Below are positions 49,640 to 59,161 of a DNA stretch of 64,000 nt, piece after piece; the stretch's first letter is position 1, and every line of letters starts with the position of its first letter. The notes beneath the pieces are model-generated. The model made no database searches. It was given only the letters and a program-made list of their open reading frames with translations, and was not told where the DNA came from. The stretch is from Myxococcota bacterium. GTDB lineage: Bacteria; Myxococcota_A; SURF-8. The DNA lies in the NCBI GenBank assembly GCA_965140415.1, contig OZ223209.1, forward strand, positions 704,001 through 768,000, in the 5' to 3' direction. Made by a program: the position numbers and the translations under genes.

Positions 49640-50104
49640 ATGTCTACGCATCCCCCGATTCTGGCCGTGTGCGGCTATTCCGGTAGCGGAAAAACCACCT
49701 TGATCGAAGCGCTCCTGCCGCGTCTACAGGCGCGCGGCTTACAGGTGATGGTGCTGAAAGCCGATGCCCACAAGTTGAGCGTCGATAAAAAGGGTAAGGA
49801 TTCCGACCGCTTCTACGAAGCAGGCGCACAGATGGTGATTGCGCACGACGCCGAGCAGGTCTTTATCCGTTTTCGCAAACAGGATGCTCAATTTCCCGAA
49901 GAGCTGCTGGTCCATCCTCCGATTCCCTGCGATCTGATCCTGGCGGAAGGTCATAAAAGTCTGCCCTGGCCCAAGGTGTGGTTGCTGGGTGAAGGCGAAG
50001 AACAGCCCCCGGCTGGATTGCGGCAGCTTGTGGATACGCTCCCGCGCGACGCCAACCGGGTCGAGCATCTCGAAAAGCTGATCGTGCAGCGATTGGGACT
50101 TTGA
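49640..50104 (+). CDS. mobB: Molybdopterin-guanine dinucleotide biosynthesis protein B
   Basis: GYSGSGKTT, KGKDSDR, DLILAEGHK motifs; GGAGG RBS. Confidence 0.88.
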   Translation: MSTHPPILAVCGYSGSGKTTLIEALLPRLQARGLQVMVLKADAHKLSVDKKGKDSDRFYEAGAQMVIAHDAEQVFIRFRKQDAQFPEELLVHPPIPCDLILAEGHKSLPWPKVWLLGEGEEQPPAGLRQLVDTLPRDANRVEHLEKLIVQRLGL

Positions 50105-50110
50105 AGGGGA

Positions 50111-50743
50111 GTGTTGCGGATGATGTCGGGTTTGTCTGAAGTAGAGTTTGCTGAAACGCTACGCTGCTTTATTGCGTTGGATCTTTCCGAAAGCACCTTG
50201 GCAAAGCTGGAGCGGGTGCGTGGGCATCTACAGGATTTCAAACAGCGTGAAAACGTTCCGCTCTCCATTCCGAAACTGGAGAACAGCCACATCACGCTGC
50301 AATTTCTGGGAGATACTCCCAGCCGTTTGATTGAGGAGATCGATACGAACGTTCGCATGAAATTACAGGATGTTTCCCCGTTTTCGATGCAGGTGCGCGG
50401 CGTGGGAGCGTTCCCGAATCTGCTTTCTCCGCGCGTGATCTGGGCGGGATTGCGCGTGACGGAGCCACTTGGCCGCCTTCATCGAAGGGTTACCACCGCG
50501 CTGCATGGGCTGCCAGTGAAGCGGGATCGAAAAGCCTTTGCACCTCATTTGACGCTGGCCCGCCTGCGCGATCCGCGACGGTTGAAGCGCGGCTCGCTGG
50601 CGGAGTGGCTGAAGCCTTTGCTGACCGAGGAGTTTGGTGAAACGATAGTGGATGAGGTGATTCTTTATCGATCCGAGTTGTTGCCGGAGGGCGCGCGTTA
50701 TACTGTGTTAAAACGCTGGAAATTAAGCGCGGACACGCTATAA
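50111..50743 (+). CDS. thpR: RNA 2',3'-cyclic phosphodiesterase (2H family)
   Basis: RCFIAL, HITLQFLG, GAFP..PRVIW, PHLTLAR, LYRSEL..GARY motifs. Confidence 0.92.
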   Translation: MLRMMSGLSEVEFAETLRCFIALDLSESTLAKLERVRGHLQDFKQRENVPLSIPKLENSHITLQFLGDTPSRLIEEIDTNVRMKLQDVSPFSMQVRGVGAFPNLLSPRVIWAGLRVTEPLGRLHRRVTTALHGLPVKRDRKAFAPHLTLARLRDPRRLKRGSLAEWLKPLLTEEFGETIVDEVILYRSELLPEGARYTVLKRWKLSADTL

Positions 50744-50784
50744 TTCCAGGGTGGTTATGGCAAACGAACGGAAACGGAGAAAGT

Positions 50785-51777
50785 ATGCAAATCTCAACGA
50801 GATTTCTTCTGGTGATCGCAATAGGCGCTACGCTTTTTCTTGGCGGTTTCGCTTCCGTCGCGCAGGCCGCCGATTCGGTAAGCGGTATCTGGGGAACCAA
50901 GTACGGCGACATGCGCCTGGTGCAGAAAGGCGATCAGGTGGAAGGCACGCTGATCAACACCAGCAATTTCTGTCCTTTCAAGAATTCGGAGAAAATTTTC
51001 TCCGGGATGGTTCTGGAAGACAGCATCACCGGTTCGTTCAAAATGTGCCAGGCCGACGACGACTGCGGCCCACCGGTGTGGGCGGTGTCGCTGTTATTGA
51101 TCGCCAAAGAAGGCAGCGTGTTGACCGGAACCGCCAATTCCAAAGAGGCCATGTGTCCCTTGGTCGGCTTTTCAAAGAGTGAAGGTGGCGAGCGCGGGTT
51201 GTACTTTAAGAAGTTGCGCAACTTACCCAAGCCCAAAGCAAAACCAAAAAAGAAGACGGTTGCCAAAAACAACGATACAAAAGATAAAGCCGAGCCGTTA
51301 CCAGTGGCTCCCGCGCCGGTTATCCCCGGTCCTCCCGCCGCGCCCGGCACCTACGATCCGCGTTCGGCCATGAAGGTGACCAGTGCGCAAACCAAATTGT
51401 TACTGCGCGGTAAAAGCCTATTGGCTGCGGGTCAGTTTGAAAAGGCACGCGAACAGTTTAAAAAAGTTTTAAAGGAAGACTCCGGCAATCCCAATGCGCT
51501 GGCAGGCATCGGCGTAAGTTATTACGGTCGCCAGGATTACAAAGAGGCGTTGAAATACTACAAAAAAGCGCTCTCCGAAGATCCAAACTACAGCATGGCC
51601 TATTACAACATGGCCTGTATTTACGCGCTGCAAAAGAAACCGGACATGGCGTTGCGTTACCTGAAAATGTCGGTGTTAAACGGTTTCGAAGCCGCCAGCA
51701 CCATCGAGAACGATCCCGATTTGAGTTCCTTGCGGCAACTGCCCGAATATCAACAGATCCTTAAAGGGGACTATTAA
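50785..51777 (+). CDS. Exported TPR-repeat protein
   Basis: Signal peptide, small Cys-containing beta domain, C-terminal TPRs ending YYNMACIYA..DPDL. Confidence 0.8.
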   Translation: MQISTRFLLVIAIGATLFLGGFASVAQAADSVSGIWGTKYGDMRLVQKGDQVEGTLINTSNFCPFKNSEKIFSGMVLEDSITGSFKMCQADDDCGPPVWAVSLLLIAKEGSVLTGTANSKEAMCPLVGFSKSEGGERGLYFKKLRNLPKPKAKPKKKTVAKNNDTKDKAEPLPVAPAPVIPGPPAAPGTYDPRSAMKVTSAQTKLLLRGKSLLAAGQFEKAREQFKKVLKEDSGNPNALAGIGVSYYGRQDYKEALKYYKKALSEDPNYSMAYYNMACIYALQKKPDMALRYLKMSVLNGFEAASTIENDPDLSSLRQLPEYQQILKGDY

Positions 51778-51819
51778 GCGCCGCGCTCGCATGCCGCCGC
51801 ATAATCCAGGAGAAGCATC

Positions 51820-52215
51820 ATGATCCGTACCGTTTTTTCGATTTCATTCGTTCTGTTGCTGTTCGTGTTGGTTCTGCCTGCTTGCGGCTCCGACGATGGC
51901 ACCGGCTATATGAACTTGACCGACGCCTGTTTGCTGTTCTGTGAAACCAAAGCGGTTTGCGACACGGACGGAGAACTGCCGCAAACCTACCAGAGCGACT
52001 GCGAAGCTTCCTGCAAGGCGGGCGTGATTCAGGATGAAAGCCTGGGACTCTCTCGCAATCTCATCAATTGCGCAGGCTACGCTACCTGCACCGATTGCAC
52101 CAGCGCGGACTACTGCCCCGATTTCACCACCTGCATCGAAAGCGGTGGTCCGCTTGACGGCTGGACCGGCTCCACCGACGATCAGTTCGGCGGTCTGGAT
52201 GGCGGCCAGTATTAG
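51820..52215 (+). CDS. Cys-rich lipoprotein
   Basis: AGGAG RBS, lipobox LPAC, CxxxC pairs. Confidence 0.75.
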   Translation: MIRTVFSISFVLLLFVLVLPACGSDDGTGYMNLTDACLLFCETKAVCDTDGELPQTYQSDCEASCKAGVIQDESLGLSRNLINCAGYATCTDCTSADYCPDFTTCIESGGPLDGWTGSTDDQFGGLDGGQY

Positions 52216-52245
52216 AATTTGAAATGCGCCACAACCAAGGGACGA

Positions 52246-52337
52246 GTGGCATGAGCGAAGCGAAGAAAAACGACACTTGCCCATGTGAGGCTCGAACACG
52301 GGCAAGCCTGCGGCTTAGCCCGAGCCACCCTGAAATC
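52246..52337. repeat. Family B REP doublet (92 bp), copy 2
   Basis: Collinear with 49399-49490; lies between convergent genes. Confidence 0.85.
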
Positions 52338-52369
52338 GGATATATTTACACGATCTGGCGATGCATTCG

Positions 52370-55318
52370 CTACAGATCAATGTGCATCAAGCCGCTGGAT
52401 TCGAAGGCGAAGTAAACGGTGTTCTGTATTCTCTGCGCCACGACTAAATCGGGAAGCTGATACGTGGCGTACCTTGAAGGCAGGAAGCGCTTTTCCGGAT
52501 AAGGATACTCTTCACCTTCGGGAGAAACGTACACGAACGAGAAGTGCTGCCCGCCGTGGTAGCACTCCTTCCGCATCACCATCAATCCTCCCCCTTTAAC
52601 TCCTTTTGCCGCCTGATAGCCTTCCATTCGCAGCCGGTGCTTTACTTCTCCGCTGGTTCGATCGATGGAAAGAATTTCAAACGCATCCGCCTTGTCTTCG
52701 ATACCGCATTGGGTATAGACGTCATGGGGGCGAACGGAAACGGCGGCCATGATGCTGTCGCCTTCGACTGCAAGGGCTTCCAGGTCGAAGTCATAATCAT
52801 GCACGTCATGCGGAGGTGCATTGGCGCCGCTGCAAGGTCCTTCCTTAATAAAAAGTCCGTTCGGATCTTCATAAAGATTGACCGAGGCGACCCGCTTCAG
52901 GCTTTCATCGTCAAGTTGCAGTAGCTCAACAGTGAAATTGCATCCGATAATGTACTCGCTGTGGGACGAGGGAAATTTGTATCGGTTCTCGCTGTACGTA
53001 CGGTTGATGGCATACAGCAGATCCCCGGAGGTCGCCTCGATCTGACCCGGAATGGCAACTCGCTTTCCGGTGGAGATCGTCTGTTTTTCCGAATTGATAT
53101 CCACTTGCTGGGCATAGCATTTGTTTCGAGGCCAGTTGTCCGGTTCGTCGCAGGTCGGATCTTCCTCCGTAACCGGCATCGGTTCGCACTGCGTCACCCA
53201 GAAATTCTGATCCGCCCCGGCAGCAACGACATTGCCGGTTTTCAGCCAATCCGTTTTTTCAATGGTGCCAATCAATTCCAACTGACTTGGATTGTTAAAA
53301 TCATATACATCCACTTCACTGGGCCATTGCTTGGATACCAGCAGGTAGCCGGGAAGTGGTTCAATCGTAGCCGATACGTGATCTCCCAATGCTACCTGGG
53401 CTTCATTTAACCAGGATACCTCGTTGTTTTCCTTGTAATTGAACTCCTGGAGGTTCAGTGCGTATTGGGAGCTGCCGATTTTATTCGAAACAACGAATTG
53501 CCTGCCATCGAAATTTTCAAATCGAACATCTCGCCCAACATAGTCTTTTCGAATCCACTGGGATGACTGAATAGGCGCATCCTGGAAAGTCGCTGTACTG
53601 TAGCGACGAAGTTGATAGGCAAGATTTAAAGGATTGCTGATATGCAGGGTACAGAGATCCTCGTCACAGGAGTCGATATCCACGATTTTGGAAGATCGCT
53701 CGATGTTGAATAGATTCTTCGGGGATTGTTTTTCTTCGATCTCCATCATTTTAATGGTGACTTCAGTCAATGCGATCAAGCGCCCATCGAACAGGAAACT
53801 CCTTTGAACGGGTGAGCCTGTTTCGATAAATCCACGTATGGCAATCGTCGGGTTCGAGTAATCCAACAGGTAAAGACGTTCAACATGGCGAGAGCCGCTT
53901 TCGCGTGGAATGTAACCATTTACCGGCACCACCAAAAGCCCTTGCAATTCCGACTGCGGAAAGAGTCCGATCATGCGGCGATCCACCTGCCATTCCTGAC
54001 GCCATCCCAGTGACATGTTTTCCATCGTTTTTCGGTCGCGTGTAATGAGCCGGTTTGGACTGGATGTATCGATCAGCGAAACCACGAAGGTCTCATGATC
54101 GTTGGAGCTAAGGGTTAAAAGATCGCTTCCGATCGAGTACAGTTTTTCGATACCTGAAAGCTTAAGACTGCCGGCGGTAAACAATTCTGCGGGATTTTGG
54201 ATATCGATGTTGTGCAGCGTGTCTCCATGAGAGAAGTAGGCGTGGGTGTCTGTGAACAGGGCGGCGGTCAAGCGATTCGAGTAATCCCCCGGGAAATCTA
54301 TCTTCATCAACATTGTGGGACCGTCTTCATGTAACAGATCGAAACTCGAAAACGCGGCGTTGCCTACGCCATCACTTCTGGTCGACGTCACTGCGAAAAG
54401 GTTTTGGCCCTTCACCTGTATAGCGGAACGGTCGAATACATAACCACCCACTCCGAAGTGCCCAAGCACAATAGGATCTCCATCTTCAGAGGTTAAGTCG
54501 ATTACGGTAATCGTGTCGCCTGGTTCCTCGCTGCCGATAGGCGGTGGTTCGGTTTCGTTGACGATTACCAGCAGCTCTTCGGTTAAAACGGCGATCTTGG
54601 CGATGCCCTCATATTGCAATCGGCTGAAGACATTCGGGTTCCGTTTATCGGAGAGATCGATGACGGCTATAGCCGTCACACGATTAGGGGGCGCTTCATA
54701 ATCAAGGTAGTCGCAGCCACTCTGCCAGTCTTGGGTCGAGCTGATCGCATAGACCTGATTTCCGCTGTGGGCGGTATCGGCGATGGTTCCGGTCATTGGG
54801 ATGGTTTTTTGCAGAACTGGCTGCTCGATATCGGACACATCGATGATCGACACCTGGCTGTTGAAGATCGGCATGCCATTCTGCTGCTCGTACATGTGAG
54901 AGGAAAATAGAACGACCTGCGAATCCACAACGTAAAGGCTGATCGGATATCCGCTAACGAACAACGAACCCAGCTTTTGGAAACCGGTAGCGGAATCCAT
55001 ACGAGAAATGCTGAAGCCTCCGAAACGGTTAACTGAATAAATCAGGTCGCCTGCCACTTCATACATATCCGAATCCATGTAGTGAATTCCGGCGTTTTCT
55101 GGCGTGTTGTAGCCGTTATGTTCAGGATAGTCGCCATCCACCATTGGATACTCACCGCCATGGCCTGTCGCCATGTAGTAATCGTCATCCTGATTTTCTG
55201 GATCGAATTCGCCCTCACCGTCAATGTTATTTTCGTTATTCGTCTGGCAGGCACAGATAGCCAATACCGCAAAGACCATGACCGACAGCATGGAAACGGT
55301 TTTTATTGCAACTCGCAT
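52370..55318 (-). CDS. Large beta-propeller-domain lipoprotein
   Basis: Lipobox ICAC and repeated IID(V/L)S..P blades. Start set at ATG 55318. Confidence 0.75.
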   Translation of the reverse strand: MRVAIKTVSMLSVMVFAVLAICACQTNNENNIDGEGEFDPENQDDDYYMATGHGGEYPMVDGDYPEHNGYNTPENAGIHYMDSDMYEVAGDLIYSVNRFGGFSISRMDSATGFQKLGSLFVSGYPISLYVVDSQVVLFSSHMYEQQNGMPIFNSQVSIIDVSDIEQPVLQKTIPMTGTIADTAHSGNQVYAISSTQDWQSGCDYLDYEAPPNRVTAIAVIDLSDKRNPNVFSRLQYEGIAKIAVLTEELLVIVNETEPPPIGSEEPGDTITVIDLTSEDGDPIVLGHFGVGGYVFDRSAIQVKGQNLFAVTSTRSDGVGNAAFSSFDLLHEDGPTMLMKIDFPGDYSNRLTAALFTDTHAYFSHGDTLHNIDIQNPAELFTAGSLKLSGIEKLYSIGSDLLTLSSNDHETFVVSLIDTSSPNRLITRDRKTMENMSLGWRQEWQVDRRMIGLFPQSELQGLLVVPVNGYIPRESGSRHVERLYLLDYSNPTIAIRGFIETGSPVQRSFLFDGRLIALTEVTIKMMEIEEKQSPKNLFNIERSSKIVDIDSCDEDLCTLHISNPLNLAYQLRRYSTATFQDAPIQSSQWIRKDYVGRDVRFENFDGRQFVVSNKIGSSQYALNLQEFNYKENNEVSWLNEAQVALGDHVSATIEPLPGYLLVSKQWPSEVDVYDFNNPSQLELIGTIEKTDWLKTGNVVAAGADQNFWVTQCEPMPVTEEDPTCDEPDNWPRNKCYAQQVDINSEKQTISTGKRVAIPGQIEATSGDLLYAINRTYSENRYKFPSSHSEYIIGCNFTVELLQLDDESLKRVASVNLYEDPNGLFIKEGPCSGANAPPHDVHDYDFDLEALAVEGDSIMAAVSVRPHDVYTQCGIEDKADAFEILSIDRTSGEVKHRLRMEGYQAAKGVKGGGLMVMRKECYHGGQHFSFVYVSPEGEEYPYPEKRFLPSRYATYQLPDLVVAQRIQNTVYFAFESSGLMHIDL

Positions 55319-55662
55319 ATTCCCGCACTCCCTTTCCCACTTAAGCAACAAATCGCTCCACATGGAATCAAGCAACATCTGTACCATAAACTATCGTTTC
55401 AATATTTGCCATTCATATCAATAGCATAGCGTGTTAAGGCGGAAAAATGACTTTCACTGTTTCGCTTCTCCAAGCTAAATGCAGGACTATTTTGTCAGGG
55501 TGGCTCACTAATTTCCCTTAGCCCACGAATTCAGGCACTGTAGACAACCGGGATACATTCCCGCTTGCAAAGGGGGAGGGTGAATGCTATCGTTACAATA
55601 GGGAATCAGTTTCATGAAAACCCGGTAACGGTCGGAGGGAAACCGGCCAAAGGAGGTCCACC

Positions 55663-55875
55663 ATGGAGAACAGTGTTTATAAAACCATTGAGCTCATCGG
55701 TACCTCGGAAAACTCATGGGAAGAAGCAGCAAAACGAGCCGTAGCGGCGGCGACTCGCAGCCTGAGAGACATTCGGGTGGCGGAGGTCGTCAAGCTGGAT
55801 ATGCGCCTGGAGGACAGCCGCATCGTCAGCTATCGCAGCAAGATCAAGCTGTCGTTCAAGTACGAAGATCTGTAA
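55663..55875 (+). CDS. Dodecin family protein
   Basis: VYKTIELIGTS..SWEEA..LRDIRVAEV..YR.K.KLSFK; AGGAGG RBS; TTGCAA-N17-TATCGT at 55565-55593. Confidence 0.93.
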   Translation: MENSVYKTIELIGTSENSWEEAAKRAVAAATRSLRDIRVAEVVKLDMRLEDSRIVSYRSKIKLSFKYEDL

Positions 55876-56061
55876 GAAACCCTGCTGTCCGTCGGGAGTG
55901 ACGGGGGGCCTCCCGATGGAGCGCACACGCACGATCCCGACATCTGACGTTCGATAGATACCACCACCTGGAATGCATCCCGATCTGAACCTCGCAAACG
56001 GAATACAACTTATTCGATACGGTAGAGAAGGAAATTGAAACGCTGGAATGGAGCAGATATG

Positions 56062-56229
56062 ATTCAAGTCTGTTCGTCGAGTAATCACGATGTGCCATGG
56101 TCTCACGGAATGGAAATTCCGGGAGGCCGTGTGTAACTTAATGAAATCACACAGCCTTCCACGATCTTCGATCGCGTAAGACTATGGCACAAACTCACAG
56201 AACCTGCGGGTAAAAGTGATTGGGAACCG
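56062..56229 (+). repeat. Family A repeat, copy 6 (doublet)
   Basis: Consensus core, ending 2 nt from the GT2 stop codon. Confidence 0.95.
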
Positions 56230-56231
56230 GC

Positions 56232-58253
56232 TTAGTGCCGCTTTAGCGTAGCCACCTTTTCTTCGCACATGCGCGCGGCGTCCGTTGCGCCCAAGGCCAT
56301 ATAGCCTTGACCCATGCCTTCGAAGGCTTCCCAGTCCTCGGGACTCAGGCGCACCGCGTTTTCAAAGGCGTTGATGGCGTTCTGGAATTCGCCGGTCTTG
56401 AGCAGGGACCAGCCATAGGCGACCTGCAAGCGGGAATCGTCGGGTTGCAGTCGGGCGGCCAGACCGTTGGCAAGGCTTGCCGCCTTGTGCAGTTGCAGGG
56501 TAGCAAGCTGCTTGGCCGTAGTGTAGAAGAGCGCGCCTAACGCGGGAACGTTGTCGATCGGTGTCGCAGGCATGACACCGAGAAGCTCGGCCAGTCGGAC
56601 GCCATGAAAGAGCAGCCGATCCGCATCGCCGGTGTCCAGGTATAACGAAGCCAGGGTCAGGCGAACGTCGTGCAGTGAGGCATCGATCTGACAGATACGC
56701 TCGAAAAAAGCGGTAGCGTCGGCTTGTCGGTCGGTGCGCATGTACAGGTGCGCCAGGTTGATGGCGCTGTCCAGTTTTTCCGGGTTGCGGTCGATGGCTT
56801 CATGATAGAGCTTTTCCGCTCCGACATCATCGCCCAGTTTTTCCTTTACCACTGCCAGGTTGATGCGGGCTTCCACGTTATCCGGAAATTGATCGAGCAG
56901 GAGGACGTAATTTTCTTCGGCCTGCTCCCAGTGACCTGCCAGCATTTCCATCAAGCCATCCAGGAAACCGGCTTTTTCTTCTCCGAAACCGGCCTCGCGG
57001 GAGATCGCCAGACGCCTGCGGGCATCCTGTAATTGTCCAACTCGCACCAGTAGCGGAATCAGCGTGTTTAAAACCTGTTCGTGGGCGGGTTCCTGCTGGT
57101 GAGCGGCAGTGAGCACCGCAACGGCTTCCTCCGGATTGTCGGTGCCGATAAAAAAGCGAGCCGCTGCACAGGCAATGTCGCCGGGATCTGGAGAGAGCAG
57201 CTTGGCTTCTTTCAGACTTTCTTCATAGCGTTCCATGTCGCCGCGCCGGTAGGCGTCGATGGCCAGCCGCAGGGTGATATCCGGCATGTGGTGCAGGGCA
57301 TGAAAGGGCGTCGTGCCGAAAGCGCTGGGTTGTCGTTCGTGTTTTTGCACCAACTCCCGGTAGCGGTCGGCGGCTTGCTGCAACAAGGCGCTTTGGCGAC
57401 GGATAAAGTGGATACTGGTGCGGATGGCCCAGCCGTCGATGTAGTCGGGCATGATTTCCAACGCACGAGCGATCAGGGTTTCGGCCTCTTCGGTGTTCTT
57501 GTTTTCCAGGTGACAGGCGGCGGCAATGTAAAAATTGTCCAGCCAGATCCGCTCCCGTTCGCGATCGCCATCACAGAGCTGGATCGAGCGTTCGGCCAGT
57601 TCACGCGCCTCGGTAAACAAGGATTCCGTAAAGAGTGAAACGGCCAGATAGTGCGGCCATTTCGGATTTTGCGGTTCCTGTTCCATTTCGCGTTGCAGTA
57701 GATCGGTGGTGCGCTGGAACTTGGCGACCATCTTTTCGCGAGACAGATGATAACCGTAATGCAGTAGCACCGCCGGGACGAACTGGCTTTTACCATTGAA
57801 ACGGATTTCGTTGTGTACCGCGCCTTCGTAACGAAGCCCGGTGCTGCGCTTGAACAGACGAATCGAATTGTGAACGGACTGCTGCCCGCCCGAGGTTTCC
57901 AAAGATGCGGAACGAACCGGAATTACGATGACCTCGGCCTGCTCGCCTGCGACGGCATCGCGCAGTTTCGGTATCGCATCTTCGCTCAGTTCTTCATCGG
58001 CATCTAAAATAAAGATCCATTCACCGGTCGCATAGTTGATCGACTGGTTGCGATGTTTGGCGAAATTGTATTCCCATTCGTGGTGAAAGACCTTGGCCCC
58101 GTAGGATTCGGCGATTTCGACCGTGCGATCGGTGGAACCGGTATCGACGATGATCAGTTCGTCGGCAAGCTCGCGCGCGGAATCGAGGGCGCGCGGCAGC
58201 ATTTCCTGTTCGTTTTTCACGATCATGCAGACCGAAATCTGCGGTTTAGCCAT
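56232..58253 (-). CDS. GT2 glycosyltransferase + TPR (probable flagellin glycosyltransferase)
   Basis: ISVCMIVKNE, VDTGSTD, LDADE, HYGY, followed by TPRs. Overlaps the fliW stop. Confidence 0.88.
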   Translation of the reverse strand: MAKPQISVCMIVKNEQEMLPRALDSARELADELIIVDTGSTDRTVEIAESYGAKVFHHEWEYNFAKHRNQSINYATGEWIFILDADEELSEDAIPKLRDAVAGEQAEVIVIPVRSASLETSGGQQSVHNSIRLFKRSTGLRYEGAVHNEIRFNGKSQFVPAVLLHYGYHLSREKMVAKFQRTTDLLQREMEQEPQNPKWPHYLAVSLFTESLFTEARELAERSIQLCDGDRERERIWLDNFYIAAACHLENKNTEEAETLIARALEIMPDYIDGWAIRTSIHFIRRQSALLQQAADRYRELVQKHERQPSAFGTTPFHALHHMPDITLRLAIDAYRRGDMERYEESLKEAKLLSPDPGDIACAAARFFIGTDNPEEAVAVLTAAHQQEPAHEQVLNTLIPLLVRVGQLQDARRRLAISREAGFGEEKAGFLDGLMEMLAGHWEQAEENYVLLLDQFPDNVEARINLAVVKEKLGDDVGAEKLYHEAIDRNPEKLDSAINLAHLYMRTDRQADATAFFERICQIDASLHDVRLTLASLYLDTGDADRLLFHGVRLAELLGVMPATPIDNVPALGALFYTTAKQLATLQLHKAASLANGLAARLQPDDSRLQVAYGWSLLKTGEFQNAINAFENAVRLSPEDWEAFEGMGQGYMALGATDAARMCEEKVATLKRH

Positions 58254-58695
58254 TCTGTGCCTCCCCTTCCGATTCGGTAAAGAGCGGTTCTCTCAGGCTG
58301 TAGGAGGAATTCTGTATGATGATCTGATGGGCGCGACGGTTCGTGAGGTTGAGTAGGATCGGAGCCAGCAAGTTTCCTGTGATTTTTGAGAAGTCGGAAT
58401 GCATGGTCACGATCACGAACAGGCGCAACTGACCCGGATCCTGGATATCCAATAGCTGGATGGTCTCATCGTCTACTTCGAAATCGTAATCCTGTCGCAC
58501 CAGTAGCGGTTCGATCAATACAAAGGCGACATCGGGATCATCCACGCTCTGCAACCACTGAAACGGTTCTTCTTCCGGATTGCTCAGCAACACGAAACGC
58601 TCGTATTTCTCGAAACCGACCACTCCCTCCGGGAAGGTGATCAGCTCGTTTTCTTCCACTTCAATTTGTCCGAAATGGGCTGAAATGATTTTCAA
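58246..58695 (-). CDS. fliW: Flagellar assembly factor FliW
   Basis: FPEGVVGF, FQWLQS, TGNLLAPILLN motifs; AAGGAG RBS before TTG 58695. Confidence 0.93.
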   Translation of the reverse strand: MKIISAHFGQIEVEENELITFPEGVVGFEKYERFVLLSNPEEEPFQWLQSVDDPDVAFVLIEPLLVRQDYDFEVDDETIQLLDIQDPGQLRLFVIVTMHSDFSKITGNLLAPILLNLTNRRAHQIIIQNSSYSLREPLFTESEGEAQNG

Positions 58696-58753
58696 AACAT
58701 TCTCCTTTGACGCTGTTCTGTCCATTGGGTCAGCAACTCGGTTTGGAATCCGA

Positions 58754-59062
58754 TCAAGATTCCTCTCCTTCCGAGTCCGGTGCTTCCGCCTTCTTTTTCC
58801 GAAGCAAGGAAGGTGGAGCGACGTTTCCACCCTTCTTTTTCTTCATCAGTTTGGCGGCGCTGGACAGACCGGAGACGCTCGCATCGCGGGCGCGAATGTT
58901 CTCCTCTCGAATCCGTTCGTAAATTTCTTCCCGGTGGATTTTGACCGAGCGCGGGGCTTCGATCCCGACTTTTACAAACTGTCGGCTGACCTCCAGGATC
59001 TTTATCTGTATCTCATCGCCGATTTGAATCGACTCCCCTGGTTTTCGGGTTAGGATGAGCAT
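58754..59062 (-). CDS. csrA: Carbon storage regulator CsrA (long, FliW-type C-terminus)
   Basis: [33 protein letters not shown]. Confidence 0.96.
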   Translation of the reverse strand: MLILTRKPGESIQIGDEIQIKILEVSRQFVKVGIEAPRSVKIHREEIYERIREENIRARDASVSGLSSAAKLMKKKKGGNVAPPSLLRKKKAEAPDSEGEES

Positions 59063-59161
59063 TCAGCGATTTCCTTTCACTTCCCAAATGGAATACGGGG
59101 CCAAGGTTCCGTAATGCGGCACCGAGCCCGTTTTCGACGATGCTATCGGGGTGACCGCAGC

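Noticed and set aside
55600-55660. Riboswitch upstream of dodecin
   Set aside because: Only ~60 nt with a small hairpin; no FMN or c-di-GMP aptamer consensus.
55888-55920. Hairpin after dodecin as an intrinsic terminator
   Set aside because: An 11-bp stem is present but there is no U-tract, so it was left unassigned.
1973-56229. Family A repeats as integron attC sites or CRISPR repeats
   Set aside because: No consistent RYYYAAC/GTTRRRY ends, mixed orientations, housekeeping-type neighbours, and no integrase or cas genes. The copies are dispersed rather than arrayed.
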